Positions 59,157 through 64,000 of a stretch of DNA of 64,000 nucleotides are shown piece by piece. Position 1 is the stretch's first letter. Each line of letters opens with the position of its first letter. The notes below the pieces were generated by a model, which was given only the letters and a program-made list of their open reading frames with translations, did no database searches and was not told the origin of the DNA. This DNA is from Proteobacteria bacterium UBA1148. Lineage in GTDB: Bacteria; Pseudomonadota; Gammaproteobacteria; Steroidobacterales; Rariloculaceae. The stretch is taken from NCBI GenBank assembly GCA_002311835.1, contig DBZY01000049.1:49964-113963 (forward strand), given 5' to 3'. The position numbers were made by a program, and so were the translations under genes.

Positions 59157-59831
59157 TTATGTAGACAGCAAGAGTCCAAACAGGATCAGCCAAATCAAAA
59201 GCAAGTAGTGCCAATAGACCGAGCATAGCTCAACGCGCAGACGTACATTAGTAATTTCCATCACGGGACTCGTTTCCAGCTTTCTCCAGACAGACAAACA
59301 GGCCCGTGCCCAGAACCAGAGTCCGCCGAGCATATGTAGACCATGTAATCCTGTCAGAATATAGAAGAACGCATCTGCGGGATTGGTAGTTACAAAGTAA
59401 CCGGCGTCGGTTAATTGTTGCCACGCGACTAATTGGCCGATTAGAAAAGCGATGGTAAGAGCACCACCCGTCGTGAGGCTTAGTCTTAGGCTGTCCAAAT
59501 TCTCCCTTCGGGCTGCTCCGCGTGCGAGTTGTAACGCGATGCTGCCCAGCACTAAAAGACCGGTGTTGAACCAAAGTAAGCTGGGATCTTGTAGCGGACG
59601 CCAGTCCGGAAACTGAGAACGCATGTTATAGACTGTTGTGAAGAGTCCAAACAAACTCGTAACTACGGCGAGAAACACCCATAGGCCAACCCGGGGGGCT
59701 GGGACCTTAGTTGTACCACCCTCTTCGATAATCCCTTGTTCAAGCCAGGGCTTTGTTTTTAGGTGCTGCAGTAGGAAGCACCAAACTAAAATGGCAACTG
59801 TGAGAGCAGCAAAAAGGAGTGAGATATTCAT
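59157..59831 (-). CDS. Second haem-copper oxidase subunit III-family protein (CoxO-like)
   Basis: 224 aa. It contains LTGLHGLHMLGG and YWHYLLLIWL.LF, which are subunit III hallmark motifs. Its start overlaps the subunit I stop by 4 nt. Confidence 0.7.
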   Translation of the reverse strand: MNISLLFAALTVAILVWCFLLQHLKTKPWLEQGIIEEGGTTKVPAPRVGLWVFLAVVTSLFGLFTTVYNMRSQFPDWRPLQDPSLLWFNTGLLVLGSIALQLARGAARRENLDSLRLSLTTGGALTIAFLIGQLVAWQQLTDAGYFVTTNPADAFFYILTGLHGLHMLGGLWFWARACLSVWRKLETSPVMEITNVRLRVELCSVYWHYLLLIWLILFGLLLST

Positions 59832-61594
59832 TTGGTGGAATGCGCGTGCTCGCGGTTTGGAATAGCGCTCATCCGAGCTGGCTCTGTTTGTGGAATAAAG
59901 TCTTCTTTTTCTCCAGGCACGCTGTAGTCATAAGGCCAGCGGTGAACCTCTGGCAGGTTATGGCCCCAGTTACCATGCTTCGGAGGCGTATCTGGTGTTT
60001 GCCACTCAAGAGTCGTGGCACCCCAGGGGTTGTGACCGGCTTTTTTGCCCTTAAAGAGACTCCAAATCATGTTAATGAAGAAGAGGCTTTGGGCTGCGGC
60101 GACTAGCAATGCAGCAACAGTGATGCCTGCGTTCATGACGTGTGCTGATTCTGGAATAAAGTCCGTGTCTCCGTAGGCGTAATATCGACGTGGAAGGCCC
60201 AAAATGCCCAGATAATGCATCGGAAGGTAGATAGAGTATGTTCCCAGCAGCGTCAACCAGAAGTGGAGTTTCCCGAGTCCTTCATGAAACATGCGCCCCG
60301 TTATTTTGGGGAACCAGTGATAAATTGCAGCAAATATAACTAGAACTGGTGACACGCCCATCACCATATGAAAGTGACCAACAACGAAATAAGTATCAGA
60401 AAGAGGCAGATCCACAGTGACATTGCCTAAGAACAGTCCCGTCAAGCCACCATGGATGAAGGTAAAAAGAAATCCGATAGCGAATAACATCGGCACTCTG
60501 AGATGAATATCTCCCCGCCATAGCGTCAATATCCAGTTGTAAACTTTCAATGCCGTTGGGACGGCGATAATGAGTGTTGTGGTTGCAAAGAAAAAACCAA
60601 AGTAAGGATTCATGCCACTGACATACATGTGATGCGCCCAGACTACAAAGCTGAGAGCACCAATGGCAACGATAGCCCAGACCATCATTCGGTAGCCAAA
60701 GATACTTTTTCTGGCGTGGACGCTCAGAATGTCAGATACGATACCGAATGCTGGTAGCGCGACGATATACACTTCCGGGTGACCAAAGAACCAAAAAAGG
60801 TGCTGAAACAGGATTGGGCTACCACCCCCATAATCAATATTCGCGCCCATGGACAGCATCTCTGGCATGAAGAAGCTGGTTCCAATTACTCGATCCAGCA
60901 GTAACATTACGCTAGCTACCAAAAGTGCTGGAAAGGCTAGCAGCCCTAGAATAGTGGCGACGAAAATACCCCACACGGACAGTGGCATTCGCATCAGTGT
61001 CATGCCACGAGTACGCGCCTGTAAAACGGTCGTTACATAGTTCAGACCCCCCATGGTAAAAGCAGCAATAAATATGATGAGCGAAAGCAGCATCAATACG
61101 ATGCCAGCGCTAGCCCCTGGCGTCCCTTCACTGATCGATTGAGGTGGGTACAGTGTCCAACCCGCTCCAGTAGGTCCACCGGGTACAAAGAAACTCGCCA
61201 ATAGCACGATGACACTCAACAAATATACCCAGAAGCTCAGCATGTTCATGTACGGGAAGACCATGTCACGGGCACCACACATCAGCGGGATCAGATAGTT
61301 GCCAAATCCTCCTAGGAACAGAGCTGTGAGGAGATAGATAACCATGATCATCCCGTGCATGGTTACGTACTGGTAGTACTCGTTCGGAGCAACCAGCGAG
61401 AAGGAATCTGGAAAACCGAGTTGTAGTCGAAACAGAAGTGATAGCACTAATGCGATCACACCAACGAAAATAGCTGTAATCGCATATTGTATTGCGATCA
61501 CCTTATGGTCCTGGCTCCAGATGTACTTTGTTATAAAAGTGTCCGGATTATGGGGATGCGTGTCGCGATCTGCGATTGCAACGTATGCCATCAA
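59828..61594 (-). CDS. ctaD: Cytochrome c oxidase subunit I (A-type)
   Basis: It contains GGGSPILFQHLFWFFGHPEVYI (with the D-channel Glu and cross-link Tyr context), WAHHMYVSGM, and HFHMV. Length is 588 aa. Confidence 0.93.
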   Translation of the reverse strand: MMAYVAIADRDTHPHNPDTFITKYIWSQDHKVIAIQYAITAIFVGVIALVLSLLFRLQLGFPDSFSLVAPNEYYQYVTMHGMIMVIYLLTALFLGGFGNYLIPLMCGARDMVFPYMNMLSFWVYLLSVIVLLASFFVPGGPTGAGWTLYPPQSISEGTPGASAGIVLMLLSLIIFIAAFTMGGLNYVTTVLQARTRGMTLMRMPLSVWGIFVATILGLLAFPALLVASVMLLLDRVIGTSFFMPEMLSMGANIDYGGGSPILFQHLFWFFGHPEVYIVALPAFGIVSDILSVHARKSIFGYRMMVWAIVAIGALSFVVWAHHMYVSGMNPYFGFFFATTTLIIAVPTALKVYNWILTLWRGDIHLRVPMLFAIGFLFTFIHGGLTGLFLGNVTVDLPLSDTYFVVGHFHMVMGVSPVLVIFAAIYHWFPKITGRMFHEGLGKLHFWLTLLGTYSIYLPMHYLGILGLPRRYYAYGDTDFIPESAHVMNAGITVAALLVAAAQSLFFINMIWSLFKGKKAGHNPWGATTLEWQTPDTPPKHGNWGHNLPEVHRWPYDYSVPGEKEDFIPQTEPARMSAIPNREHAHSTK

Positions 61595-61670
61595 AACTCC
61601 CTTCGGTGGTTGGATTAAGTGCTAACCTGCTTGCTAATTTTTGGTTAGTGTTTGAAGTTTCTAGCTTTAT

Positions 61671-63050
61671 TTATCTAAAAGTGTTCAGGTACGCGACAAC
61701 ATTATCAATATCTTGATCGTCTGAGAGGATATCAGCCATCATCATCATCTGATCTCCGTAGAGATCCAAGCGGTGTGCGCCGCGGATCTCATCCTTGAAA
61801 TTTTTTAATTGAGTGACTAGGTACCAGTCACTTTGTCCCGCCAGTGCGGGAGCGTTTAGCGCCCAAATGCCCTGTCCCTCAGCTCCATGACAGGCGGCGC
61901 AATTGATATACAGGTCCTCGCCTCGTTCAATGTCTCCCAAAACTGTTATGGGCTGAGGTTCAGCCGGCATAGTCTCAATATAGGCAGCTACATTTTTGAT
62001 TGCATCATCGCCCGCTAGTGCAATTAGTATGGGTCGCATCAAGGCGCCCGCGGTGTCCAGCTCATGAGCCCCCCGAATACCATCCCTATAGTAGCGAAGT
62101 TGGCGTTCGACATAGCGGGTGTCAAGCCCAGCTATCCGCGGCGCATTTAAAATCTGCATGCCTTGTCCCTGTTGACCGTGACAGGCGGCACACAACGCAA
62201 AACTGGCTTGGCCGAGCCCTAAGTCCGGTTCTGTTTGGGACAGCATGGCGTAGGTTGGTTGCTCATCAAGCCAAGCTTCAAAGTCAGCCTGTTCATCAAC
62301 GACGATTCGGCCTCTCATGGCGAAGTGGGCTAAACCGCAGAGCTCTTCACAGAGAATCTCGTACTCTCCCACAATGGTGGGCGTAAACCAGGTATAGGTC
62401 ACATGGCCGGGTACGAGATCCATCTTGGTTCGGAATTGAGGCACCGCAAAATCATGGAGAACGTCTTTGGATCTAAGCCACACGCGGACTGGCTGATTAA
62501 CCGGTAGGTGTACTATGGGACTTTCAATTAGGATGTCGTCTTGACCAACGGGGTCCTCTGGGTCCATGCCGAACGCGTTGTCTTTAGTGATGTGCCGAAT
62601 GTCCACATTACCAAGTTCGCCATCCTCGCCCGGGAAGCGGAAGCTCCAGTGCCATTGTTGTCCCACTGCCTCAAATTCGGATGCTTCATCCGGAACCGTG
62701 ATGAACATCGCCCAGACCACAAGACCCGGTGCCAACATCGCGATGATACCCACAGAGGTGATAATGGTGAGCCACCACTCCAGCCTGGTATTTTCTGGGT
62801 TGTAGTCGGCCTTGTGTCCATTTTCGGTGGACAGGGCTGGGTCTACTTTTTTATACCTGTACCGGAAAATGCAATAAGCAAGGAAGAGATTGGTTGTGAC
62901 GAATACAATGCCCGTGATGACAAATGTAATGTTTACCGTAAGGTCAATAAGTCCCCAGTTCGAAGCCAGTGGCGTAAAGTACCAGGGACTCAGGAAATGA
63001 AAGAGTACGCTCCCTAGCACCAACAAGACGAGCGCGACTGCTAGGGCCAT
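61671..63050 (-). CDS. ctaC: Cytochrome c oxidase subunit II fused to a C-terminal di-haem cytochrome c
   Basis: Two N-terminal transmembrane helices are followed by the CuA site (VLHDF...CEELCGLAHFAM). Two CxxCH motifs follow (CAACHGQQGQG and CAACHGAEGQG). Confidence 0.88.
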   Translation of the reverse strand: MALAVALVLLVLGSVLFHFLSPWYFTPLASNWGLIDLTVNITFVITGIVFVTTNLFLAYCIFRYRYKKVDPALSTENGHKADYNPENTRLEWWLTIITSVGIIAMLAPGLVVWAMFITVPDEASEFEAVGQQWHWSFRFPGEDGELGNVDIRHITKDNAFGMDPEDPVGQDDILIESPIVHLPVNQPVRVWLRSKDVLHDFAVPQFRTKMDLVPGHVTYTWFTPTIVGEYEILCEELCGLAHFAMRGRIVVDEQADFEAWLDEQPTYAMLSQTEPDLGLGQASFALCAACHGQQGQGMQILNAPRIAGLDTRYVERQLRYYRDGIRGAHELDTAGALMRPILIALAGDDAIKNVAAYIETMPAEPQPITVLGDIERGEDLYINCAACHGAEGQGIWALNAPALAGQSDWYLVTQLKNFKDEIRGAHRLDLYGDQMMMMADILSDDQDIDNVVAYLNTFR

Positions 63051-63134
63051 GTAATACAGGTCCTTTTATCGTCCGGCTTTATCAAGACGCGCAAATCCTG
63101 ATAGGAGGCATGGCTGTATTCTTCATGTGGCAAA

Positions 63135-63584
63135 TTACTCTACGATGAATTTTCCATTCATGAGAACATAATGGCCAGGAAAGGAGCAAAAATACGTGTA
63201 GTCACCTCCCGCCTCAAGTTCAGAAGTGTCAAAGGTAACGGTTACCTCATCACCGCCACCGATCATGCTTGTGGCGCCGATAATTCTAGGGTCACCGTTC
63301 GGCAAGTACTGGGGTGGCCCCACTGCCTGAGCCGCAGCAGCTACCGCCATGTAATCTTCAGTTCTTGTTAGTACCCAGTTATGACCCATCACATTTGCGG
63401 GTAGCTGGCCCACGTGCCTCAGATTAACTGTAAACTCTCCACAATCCGCGCTGACACGAATTTCCGCCAAGTTGTACTGAATGAGGTCGTTGCCCTCAAT
63501 GGTTTGTGAGCATTCTTGTCCCCACGCAGCTCCATAGAGAGCAGCCCAGGCCAGAAAGGCCGTCGCCGCAAGTTTCTTTCTCAT
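63135..63584 (-). CDS. azu: Azurin (type 1 blue copper protein) precursor
   Basis: A signal peptide (..AAWG/QE) precedes ECS..I.GND..Q.N...I.V...C..FTVNL.H.G.LP.NVMGHNWVL. The copper ligands are present in FCSFPGHYVLM (C-x4-H-x3-M). AGGAG lies 8 nt upstream of the ATG. Confidence 0.9.
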   Translation of the reverse strand: MRKKLAATAFLAWAALYGAAWGQECSQTIEGNDLIQYNLAEIRVSADCGEFTVNLRHVGQLPANVMGHNWVLTRTEDYMAVAAAAQAVGPPQYLPNGDPRIIGATSMIGGGDEVTVTFDTSELEAGGDYTYFCSFPGHYVLMNGKFIVE

Positions 63585-63745
63585 AGAAGACTACTCCTAT
63601 CCCAGGGTCCTGGGATCTTGGCCACGCATGTTATCAGAGCCGCGGCTAGTCGGTAATGGGGACCTAGATCAATTAGAGAATCACGATATGATTTGCAGGG
63701 AAGTACGAAAAAACCAACCCTGGGACCTTTCTGGCATAGTATAGA

Positions 63746-63870
63746 AAAAATCCCACTTAACGTGTAAATAATTCAATTTTTATAATAATTTTCCCACTTT
63801 TACATTATATTTAATAAAGTGGTGAATTAAATCTATTTTTATTGAAAAAAATGTTAAAAGTGGGAATATT
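63746..63870. repeat. Three copies of an AT-rich unit of about 30-35 nt with core TCCCACTT (two direct, one inverted), plus a degenerate inverted core
   Basis: Copy 1 is aaaaTCCCACTTaacgtgtaaataattcaa (63747-). Copy 2 is aattTTCCCACTTTTAcattatatttaataaa (63787-63819). Copy 3, reverse-complemented from 63836-63870, is aataTTCCCACTTTTAacatttttttcaataaa. A degenerate core, aaagtggtga, lies at 63816-63826. Confidence 0.5.
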
Positions 63871-64000
63871 TTGACTTTTTCCAGTAGGGTTAGCATATTT
63901 ATAATATTCACGCTCTACTCTGCCCCTTGATTAAGTGTTTTTGTAATTACGCACGTAGGCCTGGAACTTCCTCCAGCTAAGGTTGCTTCCCCATGCTGGG

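Noticed and set aside
63746-63870. A CRISPR array or transposon terminal inverted repeats as explanations for the AT-rich repeats.
   Set aside because: There are only three or four copies. They are imperfect, in mixed orientation, lack regularly sized unique spacers, and have no cas or transposase gene in view. This is not CRISPR-like. A mobile-element end cannot be judged because the window stops at 64000.

Overview
This 64-kb window looks like a compact gammaproteobacterial-type chromosome segment. GC is roughly 50% by eye, and many genes overlap stop-to-start. It is almost entirely housekeeping. In order it carries ubiE'(3' end)-ubiJ-ubiB, an MFS exporter and a CinA-like gene. Next comes a complete, translationally coupled trpEGDCFBA operon (minus strand) with a leader-peptide attenuator that the ORF track misses. 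Then follow an SLC13/TrkA-C permease, an ABC exporter, ppc, ycgN and a 2-hydroxyacid dehydrogenase. After that sits a GC-richer 2-methylcitrate module, prpD-gntR-prpB-prpC plus a 24-codon prpE stump. The remainder is ybbA/tesA, fadD, DUF2237, pyrF, a dGTPase-like gene, aroB-aroK, mrcA (PBP1A), gltA, rpmE, rdgB-rph, yicC-gmk-rpoZ-spoT-ridA-recG, ubiA, bioB-bioC-like, ctaA-ctaB, uvrD, trkA-trkH, and a TPR gene with TRAP dctQM. The window ends with an azurin gene followed by a ccaa3-type cytochrome c oxidase cluster. I saw no rRNA, complete tRNA, CRISPR, transposase, integrase or recognisable defence genes, and I did not find a convincing novel multi-gene system. The points most worth a second look are non-coding or structural. 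(1) The Trp-Trp leader peptide and terminator/antiterminator upstream of trpE. (2) The prp module as a probable horizontally acquired, decaying island, bounded by a tRNA-3'-end-like fragment on one side and a truncated prpE abutting an orphan ybbA on the other. (3) A dense cluster of consensus DnaA boxes, GATC sites and an AT-rich tract between rdgB and rpmE. (4) A roughly 30-nt AT-rich repeat family (core TCCCACTT) upstream of azurin at the window edge. (5) The azurin/di-haem-CoxII oxidase cluster with extra small membrane proteins. All protein assignments rest on my recognition of conserved motifs in the supplied translations and on synteny. No database search was run.
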